A stretch of 64,000 bases of DNA from Mustelus asterias (lineage: Eukaryota), in assembly GCF_964213995.1 (NCBI RefSeq), contig NW_027590293.1:62001-126000 (forward strand), read 5' to 3'. Numbering within the stretch: position 1 is the stretch's first letter; each line of letters begins with the position of its first letter. Positions 1 through 15,336 of the stretch are shown in pieces. The notes beneath the pieces are model-generated. The model did no database searches. It was not told where the DNA came from and saw nothing but the letters and a program-made list of their open reading frames with translations. Made by a program: the position numbers and the translations under genes.

Positions 1-272
1 GTAAACCCTTTCAGCATTCACTCTGTCAAGCACCCTCAGAATCTCATATGTTTCAGTAAGATCTCATCTCATTGATCTAAAATCCAATGAGCAGAGGGTG
101 TACCCTGCCTAACCTTTCCTCATAAAACAGACCCCTTCATGCCCAAAATCAGCGAGTGAACCTTGTCTGAATTGCTTCCAATGTAAGTATATTCCATCTT
201 AAGTAATCTTATGCGAGAAAACAGGAGGGGAGAATGTTATGGATTTATATTCAGGACTGACAAATGACTGTT

Positions 273-622
273 GGGGGTGACACAGTGGTTAGCACTTCTG
301 TCTCATAGCGCCAGAGACCCGGTTCAATTCCAGCCTCGGGTGATTGTCTGTATGGAGTTTGCACATTCTCCCTCTGTCCATGTGGGTTTCCTCTGGGTGC
401 TCTGGTTTCCTCCCACACTCCAAAGATGTGCAGGTTAGGTTGATCGACAGTGCTAAATTGTCCCTTTGTGTCCCAAGATGAGGGGGAAGGAAAGGGGAGG
501 ATTAGTGATGTACGTATATCAGGTTACAGGGATAGGGCCTGAGTAAAGGTGCTCTGTTAGAAACTTGGTGCAGACTCAATGGCCTAAAAGGCCTCCTTCT
601 GCACTACAGAAATTCTGTGATT
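273..622 (+). mobile_element. HE1/V-SINE-type tRNA-derived SINE
   Basis: tRNA head (cagtggttagcac, ggttcaattcc), V-domain core (tgtgtggagtttgcacattctcc...) and CR1-like tail. Confidence 0.85.
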
Positions 623-1014
623 TTGGAATCTCCTTGGTTAGAAGAAGAGGTTTTTCAAGCAATCTCAAACCCCCAAAAAATGTGTATCTCTTAATTTCAA
701 GCCACAATTAACACATGACTCTTGTAATCTTTTGCAGGGAGTTAGAATATTTGAAGATTGCAATTTTTCTCTGATTCCAGTGCTTCTGACATCTTTCCAG
801 CCGCAGGTTTTAAATTAGAAAACAGTGAAATTGTTTCAGAGGTGAGTATTGTTGAACATTTACCTATAATTTTGAATTTTCGTGCTGTGCTCTGTTATCT
901 GTACTCTGGTTCCACGTCTCTGGGGCTGGTGTGACTCCGTTACTGTGGATCTGAATCCATGTCCATCCATTGCTTTGTTTCAGCTCTGCCCTCCCTGATC
1001 ACCTCTCTGTCATT

Positions 1015-1415
1015 GTCAGTTCAGAGAAGGATCTGCAGGCTGATACCTGGGATGAAGGTGTTGTTCTGTGAGGAAAGGTTGGGCCTGTACTGACTGGAGT
1101 TTAGAGGTGACCATAGTATTGACATCAGATTGTGAGGTAGTGATTAGTATAGATGAAGAGAGGATGTTTCCAATGTTGGGGATTCCAGAATTAGTCGGCA
1201 GATTGTCAAAATAAAGGCTCCCCCATTTCTGATGGCGATGAGGAGAAATGTCTTCCCTCAGAGGGCCGTTAGTCTTTGCAATTCTCTTCCCCAAAGAGCA
1301 GTGGAGGCTGCATCATTAAATATACTCAAAATACAGAGATTTTTGATCGAAAAGGGAGTCAAGGGTGACAGGAAGAAAAGTGGAGTTAAGATCACAATCA
1401 GATCAGCCATGACCT
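1015..1415 (+). mobile_element. Old CR1 3' fragment (similar pieces at 1-200, 3345-3750, 11848-12145, 14165-14530, 30110-30400, 48148-48420)
   Basis: MRRNVFPQRAVSLCNSLPQRAVEA-type C-terminal motif. Confidence 0.7.
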
Positions 1416-1421
1416 TGATGG

Positions 1422-1860
1422 GGAGACGATGGCCTTGTGGTATTATTGCTGGACTATTAATTCAGAAACTCAGCTAATGTTCTGGGGAACCGGGTTTGAA
1501 TCCTGTCATAGAATCATAGAAATCCTACAGTACAGAAGGAGGCCATTCAGCCCATCGAGTCTGCACCGACAACAATCCCACCCCATAGCAGCTGGCGGAA
1601 TTTGAATTCAATTAAAAATATCTGGAATTAAGAAATTACTGATGACCATGAAACCCTTGTCGATTGTCGGAAAAACCTATCTGGTTCACTGATGTCCTTC
1701 AGGGAATGAAATCTGCCATCCTTAACTGGTCTGGCCTTCATGTGACTCCAAAGCCACCACAATGTGGTTGACTCTCAACTGCCCTTCAAGGGCAACGAGG
1801 GATGGGTAATAAATGCTGGCCAGCCAGCAACATCCATGTCCCATGAATTAATTTTTAAAA
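1422..1860 (+). mobile_element. Second tRNA-derived SINE family (also 2848-3229 and 8100-8478, both on -)
   Basis: tRNA-like head (gggtttgaatcc) and a shared body ggttcact..gaaatctgcc..catgtgactcca..aataaatgctggcc in three copies. Confidence 0.7.
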
Positions 1861-1983
1861 TTCAATTGAGCAGCTTGGTGGGCTGAATTTCTAACTATTT
1901 CTTATGATCTGTCAGGAACATGAAATGGTGAGTGTCGATCAGCATTAATTAGCACCTTCAGGAGAATTGGGTAGTTTATATTA

Positions 1984-2313
1984 TAGAACTCATAGAAACC
2001 CTACAGTGCAGAAGGAGGCCATTCGGCCCATCGAGTCTGCACCGACCACAATCCCACCCAGGCCCTACTCCCACATATTTACCCGCTAATCCACGCATCT
2101 CAGAACTCTAAGGGGCAATTTTTAACCTGGCCAATCAACCTAACCCGCACATCTTTGGACTGTGGGAGGAAACCGGAGCACCCGGAGGAAACCCACGCAG
2201 ACACGAGGAGAATGTGCAAAACTCCACACAGACAGTGACCCGAGCCGGGAATCGAACCCGGGACCCTGGAGCTGTGAAGCAGCAGTGCTAACCACTGTGC
2301 TACCGTGCCGCCC
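1984..2313 (-). mobile_element. HE1/V-SINE
   Basis: Full-length copy, near-identical to the copies at 13111 and 51933. Confidence 0.9.
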
Positions 2314-4530
2314 CTAAAGTTTAAAGTTTATTTATTAGTCACAAGTAAGGCTTATATTAACACTGCAATTTCTCTTAAAGACATTGAGATCCTTTGCTCC
2401 CTCAGCTTGACACATTGATTTGTCTGGCTAAAAAGTCCCTTTCCTAATGTTCACAATTAAAGGGCTGGTTTCCCCAGGAGATGGCTGACATTTAAAAGGA
2501 CAATAAATTAATATAGGGCAGAGATATGCTTAGTGTTGTTATATTGTAGATTTGGTATATTATTTATGGTTCTGTAACAAAGTACATTTATTATTATTTC
2601 TCGTTTTGTAATGTAACACTGAAGCTATGTTATATATTTCCACTCATCGAGTCATTACAGCGCAGAAGGAGTCCATTCAGTAACTCGAATCCGTGCCGAC
2701 TCTCTGTAGAACAATCCAGTCAGTCCCATTCCCTTTCTCTATTCCCTTTCCCCTGCGAGTTTATTTCCTTCATGTGCCCATCTAATTTCTGAAATATATT
2801 AAAGGGGACAGTAAACTAATATCGGACAGAGACATGTCTGATGTTGTTTTTTATTCATCCTTGGGACACGGGCATTGCCGGCTGGGCCAGCATTTATCAC
2901 CCATCCCTAATTCCCCTTGAACTGAATGGCTCGCTGGGCCATTTTAGAAGCTGGCTGAGAGTCAACCACATTGCTGTGGCTCTGGAGTCACATGTAGGCC
3001 AGACTGGGTAAGGACGGCAGATTTCCTTCCCTAAAGCACATTAATGAACCAGACGGGTTTTTTGGTCAATCGACAATGGTTTCATGGTCATCAGTAGATT
3101 CTTAATTCTAGATTTTGTTTTTAAATTCAAATTCCACCATTTGCCGTGGCAGGATTCGAACCTGGGTCCCCATTAGCTAAGTTTCTGGATTAATAGTCTA
3201 GTGATAATACCACGAGGCTTTCAGCTCCCCTGTTGTTATATGGTACAGATTAGATATATTATTTATAGCTCTGTAATAAAATACACTTATTATATCTGGC
3301 TGTGTAATTTTGGACTGCAGCTATATTATATATTTCCAACAATCTCTTCCCTCAGAGAATTGTTAGTATCTAGATTTCTCTTCCATAGGGACCAGTGGAG
3401 GGATTGAATATATTCAAGGATGAGTTGGACAGTTTGTGAATGACAAGGGAGTCAATAATTATTGGGAACAGGCTGGAAAATGGAGAGAAAGCTCAGATGA
3501 GGAAGGATTTCTTCACTCAAGGATGTGGTGATGTTTTGGATTCTCTACCCCAGAGGACGATAGAGCCTCAGTCATCAAGAATTTTCAAGAGAGGGATTGA
3601 TAGGTTTCTAGATATTGAAGATATCGATGGATATGGGGGACAGTGTGGGGAAAATAATGCAGAGGTAGATCAACCAATAATCTCAATGAATGGTTGAGCA
3701 GACTCGATGGGCCGAATGCTGACTGCAGCTCCAATTTGTTCTGATTTCTGTGCTGGACAGGAAGCAGTGAGCATGGATCTGTCAATCAGCCTGAATCAGC
3801 ACCTTCAGGAGAATTGGGAGGGTGAATATTAGATGCAGCAGAGTGAGAATGGAGGGAGAGTGTGTGGGATGGAGGTTCATGGCTTTTGGGGAATGGGAGA
3901 GGAAAGAACGTTCATTAGAATCATAGAATTGCTGCATCTTATCAACCGTCCCTGAGCCTTCACAATGAATCCCACTTCTGAGGACACCCTTATCTCTGAC
4001 TTGTCTGTACTGCTGGCAGTCTCACAAAGCAGCTGCCTGTGTGCTGATACGGGAGGCCCAGCTGGGCAGGTTTAATGCTCCATGACTGTGTCTTTAATGA
4101 ATGTTCCATGAACTAGAAATGTAGATTTGAATTTCGATCATATTCTAAATTGCAATGTTTTTTTCTAAATTGACTTACAGGATATTAGACAAGGAGAAAT
4201 CAGACAGAAATCTCCAACATCACATCGAGATCTGACAGAGTGACTCGACTTCTTGGGACCTGAATATCATCGACCTTTGAATCTAGCAGGAGAAATGCTT
4301 GTTTGGCCTCTTGGCTTCAAAAGATTGTAAACATCACTGTGACTAGAAATGCACTGAGATACACACACCCGAGTGAGAGTGTTCCAGTGCACTGAGTGTG
4401 GAAAGAGCTTTAACCAGTTACACAGCCTGAAAATACATCGCAGCATTCACAGTGGGGAGAGACTGTACCCGTGTTCTGTGTGAGATTTAACTGATTGTTT
4501 AACTTGGAGAGTCACAAGGACACCCGCACC

Positions 4531-6198
<1,668 letters not shown>

Positions 6199-6280
6199 TA
6201 CAGTTCTGGGATTATTCTTGTGAATCTTTCTTGCCCCTTCTCCAGTGCCTCTGTTTCCTTTTTCTAAATGGAGATCACAA

Positions 6281-7440
6281 ATAGAACGTAGAACAGTACA
6301 GCTCAGGAACAGACCCTTCAGCCCACCATGTTGTGTCGAACATGATGTCAAATTAAACTATTCCTTTCTGCCTGCCCTTGGTCCATATTCCTCTATTCCT
6401 TGCATATTCATGTGCTTATTTAAAACCCCCTTAAATGCCCCTATCGTATCTGCCTCCACCACCATTCCTAGCAGCGCATTCCAGACACCTACCACTCTCT
6501 GTGTAAAAAACCTTACCTCTCACATCTCCTTTGAACTTTCCCCGTCTCACCTTAAGTGCATGCTCCCTGGTATTAGACATATCAACTCTGGGGAAAAGAT
6601 TCTATGTCTCTCATTTTATAGACTGCTATCAGGTCTCCCCTCACCCTCCACCGCTATCGAGAAAACAACCCTCATTTGTCAGTCGCTCACAGCCTCCAAT
6701 CCAGGCAGCATCCTGGGAAACCTCTTCTGCACCTTCATCAAAGCCTCTGCATCCTTTCTGTAATGTGGTGACCAGAATTGAGCGCAATATTCGAAGTGCA
6801 GCCCAAACAAAGTTTTATAAAGCTGCAACATGGCATGCTGACTCTTGTACTCAATAAAGGCAAGCATGCCATATGCCTTCTTTACCGACTAAATATTTGT
6901 GTGGCTAATTTCAGGAAGCTATGGACTTGAACCCCAAGATCCCCCTGTACATTAACTGTATACTTATCCTTAATATTTGATCTCCCAAAGTGCAGCACCT
7001 CACACTTGCCCGGATTAAAATCCATCTGCCATTTCTCCGCTCATATCTGCAGCTGATCTACATCCCACTGTAACCTTTCACAACCTTCTACATTATCTAC
7101 AACTCCATCTAGTTTTGTGACATCTGCCAGCTTGCTAACCCACCCATCCACGTTTTCATCCAAGTCATTTATATATATCACAAACAGCGCAGGTCCCAGT
7201 ACGGATCCCTGCAGAACACCACGAGTCATGGACCTCCAGTCAGAAAAACACCCTCCACCACTACTCTCTGACTTCTATGGGCAAGTCAATTCTGAATCCA
7301 AGCGGCCAAGTGACCGTGAATCCCATGCATCTTAATCTTCTGGATGAGCCGACCATGAGGGACCTTGTCGAAAGCCTTACGAAAATCCATGTACACAACA
7401 TCCACTGCTCTACCCTCATCGATCACCTTCATCACCCCCT
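6281..7440 (-). mobile_element. CR1 3' fragment
   Basis: GVLQGSVLGP and EYCAQFWSPHYRKD; typical 3' UTR. Confidence 0.85.
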
Positions 7441-9900
7441 CGATGAAATCGATCCAGTCAGTAAGATGTTGACGGTGCTCCCACTGCAGTCCTGTGATGA
7501 AAATATAGACTGGTTGGTGAAATGTAGATAACAGGTAGAATTGATATCTAATGAGGACTTTATACTTTAGAATTGAATACAGGGCTCATTGTTACTAACG
7601 GGGAAAGAAGGGTTAAAACCCTTCCCCAGAAACCTTTTCACACACACGTGTACATCTCTGAATCTGACACACACCAAATGGAACGTTACACAAGGGACTG
7701 GAATTCACTGGAATTTCTTAACAACCTTTCAATAGAAATGTCCTGGTACCGACCGTGACAAAGGACACAACAGATAGCAAGAACCAGGAGGAACCTTTAA
7801 CCCAGAGAATGTTAATAACCTTGTTCAGGACACCGGTGCCAGGCACAGGAGGATCCCAGGAAAAATGGGACATTTAATTTCTGTGTTTCACAATTCTAAA
7901 TGACTGATTCTTTAACATAGGAATGTTTAAAAACAGCATTGTGATATTCCAAGGTCAACTGTGTCTGGGAAAGGGGCACACTGATGTGTTTTTATTTTAA
8001 ACAGGAGGATCCATTGAAAAGCAGCTCTGGGCGATACGAGCACCTCCTGACCTACTTTCAATTCATTTCAAATCACCCATCACTTTCCCTGGAATATTCT
8101 TTATTCTTTCCTGGGATGTGGACACTGCTGGCAAAGCCCCAGCACACGTTGCTCATCTCCGAATTGCCCCTGAACGGAGTGACTTGCTCGGCCATTTCAG
8201 AGGGGCAGTTAAGATTCACCCACATCGCTGTGTGGGTCTGGATTCACATGTAGGCCAGACCGGGTAAGGATTGCAGATTTCCCTCCCTAATAGGGAGCAT
8301 GAAGAGGGTGAACTGGACGGGTTTTTACAACAGTCGATAGTTTCATGGTCACCGTTTCTGACACTAACTTTATATAATTCCAGATTGATTCACTGAATCC
8401 AATCCCACCAGCTGCCTGTCCCCAGATCCTTTGCTGGGTCTCTGCATTACTCGGCCAGCGACATTCCCACCACCTCCCCCTGAGTGGAATATTCCACACA
8501 ACCCTTAGTTAAACAGGAAGGAGAAAAGAGAAAGGCTTTGACCTTTGGATGACGTCGCCACAGACTCAAGAAACCTTAAAGCTGACCATTCTGTTAAAAA
8601 TTAAAAAACTTTATTTTTTTATAACACAGAGTAAGAAACAGGTGAAAAGTAACGATGGACGTTCCGACTGACATCAGAAACATTGATTGACCGGATAAAC
8701 ACTCACTACATCACAGAGCGATCCTCAACCATTAAAGAATTGACCCACAATAAGGAATGAGAGAGCCTTATAAAAAGGGGCAGGAGTTTACACAGAGAGG
8801 TGACACCCACAGCTGCTCAGGATGATGGAATTCAGTTCAGGAAGGGGATAAAGTGAGAAGCTTTTGTGATTCAAGACAGAAGTATTGAACAATCTGGAAT
8901 CAGTGCTTCTCGAGCTTGCTGACTCGCCGAACAATTCAATTAATCTCATCATAAAAACCCCCAGTGTAAATAACATGGATTTGACTGGCAAATGGTGAAG
9001 TGTTGCTTTCGACCCACAAGTTTCAACTTCCCATTTGAGCCTGGGACACCTTTCTGTCTCTGTTGCTCGTGTCAATGACAGCCAGGCGACGGAGCTGAAG
9101 GCTGAATTTAGCTGAGAATAATGGTGCCTGCGCCCCAGTTGGAAAACTGCCCTGGGCGTCGCAATAATACAGAGACAGGAAGGTACTGGAGTGGGAAATG
9201 GGCCTCCAACCAATCAGGACATGGGAGGGGGTGACTGGGGCTGATGGTGACGTGACCCCCGGGGTTCAGTGTCCCTGTGTCCAAAGCGGGGAGTCACAGG
9301 AACAGGGGACAGAGCAGCTGAAGAGAAACCATTTGTGTCCAGAACATTGTGAACATCCTTTTGCTCTGGTTGTCTTTGATCCTCAAGTCATTTTCTGTTT
9401 GTTTTAACCATGTTCTGTTTCATTAATAAACTTTTATCAGTAAAAATATTTGATTTTTCTGGACATTTCCTGCTGAGATTGATGCACTTTCGGGAAAGTG
9501 GGTGAGAGGGGTTGGCAGGCTCTTTAACATGCTGGGCTTTCAAGAGAGCTGTTAAAGATGCTCTCTCTCTGATCCCTCACTCAACTTCACTCCGTTATTT
9601 TCCAGTTCTGTTCTGGTCCCGCCTGGGGTAACATCTACTCAATCTTTCTTTCTTCTGAAGGAGCGCTGTGAGTTCTAGGTTACTCGTACATAAGGACAGA
9701 TGCTTCAAGCAACAGGTCAAGCATGGATGTAAAAGATTCTCCAGCTCTCTCTTTACCCCTATCCAAGTTGTGGACAGTTCTTACTCAGTATTATTTCCCC
9801 CAAGCCCTTAATTGTCCCAATCTATAATATTATTCATTTTACTGTAATTTTCCTCACTTTGTGAGCATGTGCAGTGTGTTTAATTGGATCCTGATTGTTT

Positions 9901-10244
9901 TAGAAATCATAGAAACCCTACAGTACAGAAAGAGGCCATTCGGCCCATCGAGTCCGCACCGACCACAATCCCACCCAGGCCCTACCCCCATATCCCTACA
10001 TATTTTACCCACTAATCCCTCTAATCTACGCATCCCAGGACACTAAGGGGCAATTTTATCATGGCCAATCAACCTAACCCGCACATCTTTGGACTGTGGG
10101 AGGAAACCGGAGCACCCGGAGGAAACCCACGCAGACACGAGGAGAATGTGCAAACTCCACACAGACAGTGACCCGAGCCGGGAATCGACCCAGGTCCCTG
10201 GAGCTGTGAAGCAGCAGTGCTAACCACTGTGTTACCGTGCCGCC
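9901..10244 (-). mobile_element. HE1/V-SINE
   Basis: Same consensus. Confidence 0.9.
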
Positions 10245-10539
10245 AGTGAACTCAGTTTCTCTCTGGAGTGTGTGTCAGTGCCTTGATGATGTCACAATGA
10301 TGTCACAATCCCCTGGCCACATTAACCATTTCATCTCCTGCTGTGTCTCAAGTAGCTGTGTGTGTTTGGGACCCGCTCTTCACTCCAACTCACCATGAAT
10401 TTAGGCTTGTTATTTTTCACATGTAACAAATCACATCTGTACACTCACTCCGGTATCCCAAAATCATGTCACACATTCTTAACTCTCAGATGTGCTGACG
10501 AAAAGATCAAAGTGAGTGTCTGTCTTTCTTATCTCCCCC

Positions 10540-11701
10540 TGTTATGGTCTGATATTTCATGCAGTGACCGGGCTTTCAAATGTGGATTTCTTTAAAACAA
10601 AGTTCATGGATGTCGGAGTGTTTCACAGACCAAGTATTATGCTGGCCTTCACTGATTTACAACTCCGCTAATACATAGAACAATATGGTGGCACGGTAGC
10701 ACAGTGGTTAGCACTGCTGCCTCACAGCACCAGGGATCCAGGTTTGATTCCTGGCTTGGGTCACTGTCTGTGTGGAGTTTGCACATTCTCCCCGTGTCTG
10801 CGTTGGTTTCCTCCGGGTGCTCCGGTTTCCTCCCGCAATCCAAAGATGTGTGGGTTGGGTTGATTGGCCATGCGTAATTGACCCTAGTTTCTGGGGGATT
10901 AGCAGGGTGAACAGGTGGGGTTACGGAGAAAGGCTGGGATTATTGTCAGTGCAGGCTCGATAGGCTGAATGGCCTCTTTCTGTACTGTTGGGATTCTATT
11001 CTATGAATATAATGAAGCAATATAATGGGCATCTTGTTTATTTTGAGCCTGGGCTAATACAGTGACCTGGAGTTTTATGATCCTTTTGGAATTGTTGGGT
11101 GGAGCCTGATTGAAAGGTCAGTGCTGTCTTTGGACAGTTTTTTTTAACAGGAGAAAGTTTTAGTTTCATTTTGTCACAAGCTGTCTGGACTGCAGACTGA
11201 AAGCAGTGTTTGTCGTCTCTCTCTCTAGAGTGAAGATTCCGCTGCCTGAGAGTTGCCAGCTGGAAGATAGAAGCAAGCAGTCTCTCTCTCTCTCGATGCT
11301 GGAAGTTCCAGGACAGGGAAGGCATAGTTTGAATTCAACATTTTAAGCGCTAATTCACAGCAGGTGTTAAAAAGCTGCCAAATCCAGCATCACGTGAGCA
11401 TACCTGCTTTCTGTGCAAAGCCTGGAATATATTTGTAGGGATTATTTGATTTGGAACACCAAGCTGTACTGATTGATATAAGAAAGATCATGGTTGTTTT
11501 TTATTGCAATTGGTAAAAGTTATGCTATTTTTTCTAATTATATTTTAACTGTGTTCTTAAATTAACTTTGTTTGATAAAAGCTTCCTAGTGGGTCACTTG
11601 AATCGTACCTGGAGTGAAACATCTTACACTCACTCGAGTGCAAATCTTATGGCTAGGCTGACTTTGTAAAACACCTTGGATTTCTGACCTGGATCATAAC
11701 A
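10540..11701 (+). mobile_element. Possible LTR interrupted by a SINE
   Basis: TGTTATG...CATAACA inverted termini; no TSD seen. Confidence 0.35.
10687..11005 (+). mobile_element. HE1/V-SINE
   Basis: Same consensus. Confidence 0.88.
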
Positions 11702-12400
11702 CATTTCACCCACACCCAAGGTGAGTTATTCAAATTCCTTTTTTGTCCAGGACAATATGTTCACAATATTTTTAAAACAGAAATTCGACCTCCACATTTG
11801 ATTTCAGGTATTAACATATTCTGTTAGTTTGTTCTTTATTGTTGATGTCAGGCTGGGGTTGTTCCTCTTGGAGCAAAGGAGGTTGAGGGGAGATTTGATA
11901 GAGGTGGACAAGATTCTGACAGGTTTAGATAAGGTGGACAAAGAAAAGCTGTTCCCATTAGCTGATGGGACAAGGACGAGGGGGACATAGATTTAAGGTT
12001 TTGGGTCAGAGATGCAGTGGAGGGGATGTGATAAAGAATATTTTGATGCAGTGAATGGTAATGACCTGGAACTCACTCCCTACGAGGGTGGAGGAAGTGG
12101 AGACAATAAACAATTACAAAGGAAATTGGATGGACATTTGGGAGGGTTTCAAACAGAAATGCTGACTAAATATCTCTGAACTTCCTCACACCCTGTCACT
12201 CTGTGATCCTTGTGAAATTTAAAATCAGGTATTCGCAACAAGACTCAAAGAGCATCAGCCCACTGGAGGCAAAGTCATGAGACCGGCCAGTCCAGCAGAA
12301 AGAAACCCTCTGACTCTCCCCATTGGCCAAGAATGAACAAAATGCAGTCCCGGATGTAATTGAGAGCAGAAACAATAACAGCAGAATCTAATCCCCATAT

Positions 12401-13075
12401 TCACTTGTGAACTTGTTGGTGCGTCCGCAGGGTGGATGAATCACAGAATCCCTTCCCACACTGAGAGCAGGTGAACGGTCTCTCCCCGGTGTGAACTCGC
12501 TGGTGTGATTGCAGGGTGGATAACCGAGTGAATCCCTTCCCACACACGGGGCAGTTGAATGGCCTCTCTCCAGAGTGTACTCGCTGGTGTCTCCGCAGAT
12601 TAGTTAACTGAGTGAATTCCTTTCCACACTGAGAGCAGGTGAATGGCCTCTCCCCAGTGTGAACTCGCTGGTGTGCCCGTAGATGAGATAACTGAGTGAA
12701 TCTTTTGCCACATGCAGAGCAGCTGAATGGCCGCTCTCCTGTGTGAACACGCTGGTGTTTCTGTAGGTTGGATGACTTACTGAATCCCTTCCCACACTGA
12801 CAGCAAGTGAATGGCCTCTCCCCAGTGTGAACTCGCTGGTGTGTCTGCAGGCTTGATATCTGAGTAAATCCCTTCCCACACTGACAGCAGGTGAATGCAC
12901 TCTCACCAGTGTGAACTTGCTTGTGTCTCTGCAGAGTGGATGAATCAGTGAATCCCTTCCCACACACCCAGCAGGTGAACGGCCTCTCCCCAGTGTGGCT
13001 GCGCCGATGAGCTTCCAGTAGAGAGGGCGCTTTGTATCTCTTCCCACAGTCCTCACATTTCCATGGTTTTTCCAT
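12401..13075 (-). CDS. C2H2 ZNF protein Z2 (8 fingers, 224 aa)
   Basis: Open ORF MEKPWKC...HQQVHK with canonical linkers; a SINE is inserted in the 5' part of the exon. Confidence 0.88.
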   Translation of the reverse strand: MEKPWKCEDCGKRYKAPSLLEAHRRSHTGERPFTCWVCGKGFTDSSTLQRHKQVHTGESAFTCCQCGKGFTQISSLQTHQRVHTGERPFTCCQCGKGFSKSSNLQKHQRVHTGERPFSCSACGKRFTQLSHLRAHQRVHTGERPFTCSQCGKEFTQLTNLRRHQRVHSGERPFNCPVCGKGFTRLSTLQSHQRVHTGERPFTCSQCGKGFCDSSTLRTHQQVHK

Positions 13076-13110
13076 ATTGTCGGTCTCCTCGTATCATTGC
13101 AGGTCAATCA

Positions 13111-13455
13111 GGGCGGCACGGTAGCACAGTGGTTAGCACTGCTGCTTCACAGCTCCAGGGTCCCAGGTTCGATTCCCGGCTCGGGTCACTGTCTGTGTGG
13201 AGTTTGCACATTCTCCTCGTGTCTGCGTGGGTTTCCTCCAGGTGCTCCGGTTTCCTCCCACAGTCCAAAGATGTGCGGGTTAGGTTGATTGGCCAGGTTA
13301 AAAAATTGCCCCTTAGAGTCCTGGGATGTGTAGGTTAGAGGGATTAGCGGGTAAAATATGTGGGGGTAGGGCCTGGGTGGGATTGTGGTCGGTGCAGACT
13401 CGATGGGCCGAATGGCCTCCTTCTGCACTGTAGGGTTTCTATGATTTCTATGATT
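13111..13455 (+). mobile_element. HE1/V-SINE inserted in the 5' part of the Z2 exon
   Basis: Full-length with a (tctatgatt) tail; interrupts a fossil finger. Confidence 0.9.
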
Positions 13456-15336
13456 TGAAGCCTTGTCCACACAGAGAACACGGGTACAGTCTCTCCCCAC
13501 TGTGAATGCTGCAATGTTTTTTTCAGGCTATGTAACTGGTTAAAGCTCTTTCCACTGTTAGTGCACTGGAACACTCTCAGTCGGGTGTGTGTTTGTGTCC
13601 TGGTGTTTTTCCAGTCACACTGCTGCTTAAAATCTTGCAGTGGACAGACCGGTCAAACATTTCTCCTTCCCATTCAGAGGCTGAGGATATTTAGTATCCA
13701 AGGAATCGAGTGACTCTGTCAGATCGAGATGTGATAGTTAAGATTTATCAGTGTGATTCCTCTTCTAATATCCTGTAAAAACAATTTACAAAATTCATCA
13801 CAGTCAGTACAGGATAGAAATTCAGAACAGAGAATTCTAGTTTCTATGGAACATTCTTTCCTCTCTAATTCCCCAAAAGCTGTGAATCTCCATCCCACAC
13901 ACTCTCCCTCCATTCTCACTCTGCTGTATCTAATATTCACCCTCCCAATTCTCCTGAAGGTGCTGATTGAGGCTGATTGACAGATCCATGCTCACTGCTT
14001 CCTGTCCTGGACACAGAGAGCTGAAAATCTCCATGCAGACTGCCAGTCTAACAGAAATATGGCTACATTCTCAACTAAGAATGTTTTAAATGGATTGTAT
14101 CAGTTAGTGAAGATACAGGGGGGTTGTGACTGATGATGATATTGAACTTGCTGCCAACGTGGGTGATCATAGAGTTTTACAGCATGGAAAGAGGCCCTTC
14201 GGCCCATCGTGTTTGTGCTGGCCATCAAGGACCGTTCTATTCTAATCCCATTTTCCACACTTGATGTGTAATCTTGCATGCTATGGCATTGCAAGAGCTT
14301 ATCTAAATTCTTCTTAAATGTTATGATGATTCCCACCTCTACCACCCTTTCAGGCAGTGAGTTCCAGATTCCCACCACCGTCTGAGTGAAAAAGCTTTCC
14401 CTCCCATCTTCTATAAACCTCCTGCCCCTCAACTTAAATCCAGGCCCCTGGTTATTGACCCCTCTACTAAAGAGAAAAGTTCCTTCCTGTCCCCCCTATC
14501 TGTGCCCCTCAGAATTTTATACACCTCAATGTTAGGCTGGATAACTTGGGGTTGTTCTCCTTGGAGCAAAGTAGATTGATAGAGGTGTACAAGGGTACAT
14601 GGAGGTGTCAAAGTTTACATGCTCTGTTTACACGTGTACAAGCTCTGACTATGGGTTATCCAGTCTCGAAACGTTGGTTCTATTCTCTCTCCACAGATGA
14701 TGTCAGATCTGCTGAGATTTTCCAGCATTTTCTGTTTTTATTTCCCTTTCTTTTTCCTTCTCTGCCACCGCTCTGCCCCATCAATAAGACATTGGGACTC
14801 AGAGGGTTGATGCAGTTTGATGGACAAGTTGTCTCCATTCTGAACACTGGGGAACAAGCTCCTCCCACTCATTGACAACATTGCCCTCTACAAACATGGC
14901 GGCCGCACGTGCGCACTGCTTCATATTGCCCCCAATAAAGATGGCGAACGTTAACCCGAAACGAACATGAGGAACTGCAGGCCTGCTCGGTACAAACTGG
15001 GTCCGGGAAGTTCTCTTCCGCATTTTGCGACTCTCACAAGATGCTTACGCAGCGTTTCCACCCACCTGGACGATCCATTGCTCTCTCCGTACCGCCAATC
15101 ACCTCGAACAGATTTCCGAGCCCAAAATAAAAACCGTTTTCCATCGCCATTACTCACACTGCGCATGCTCGAGTCAAAGTTGGCCCCGCCCCTCGTTCGC
15201 TCCTATTGGTGGAGGACCAACCGCTCCAGATCGGTCCTCCAGCTCTGCCCCCTCTTCCCATTGGTCCACGCTGCCGTCAATCAGCCGGGCATTGTGACGG
15301 TGACTTGCTGCTTGTCCAATAATCACAGTGACAGAG

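Noticed and set aside
8700-9430. Possible LTR or gene (TATAAAA at ~8769, AATAAA at ~9425)
   Set aside because: No TG..CA ends with a TSD, and no recognisable ORF.
13111-13185. SINE heads as tRNA genes
   Set aside because: They are continuous with the SINE core and tail.
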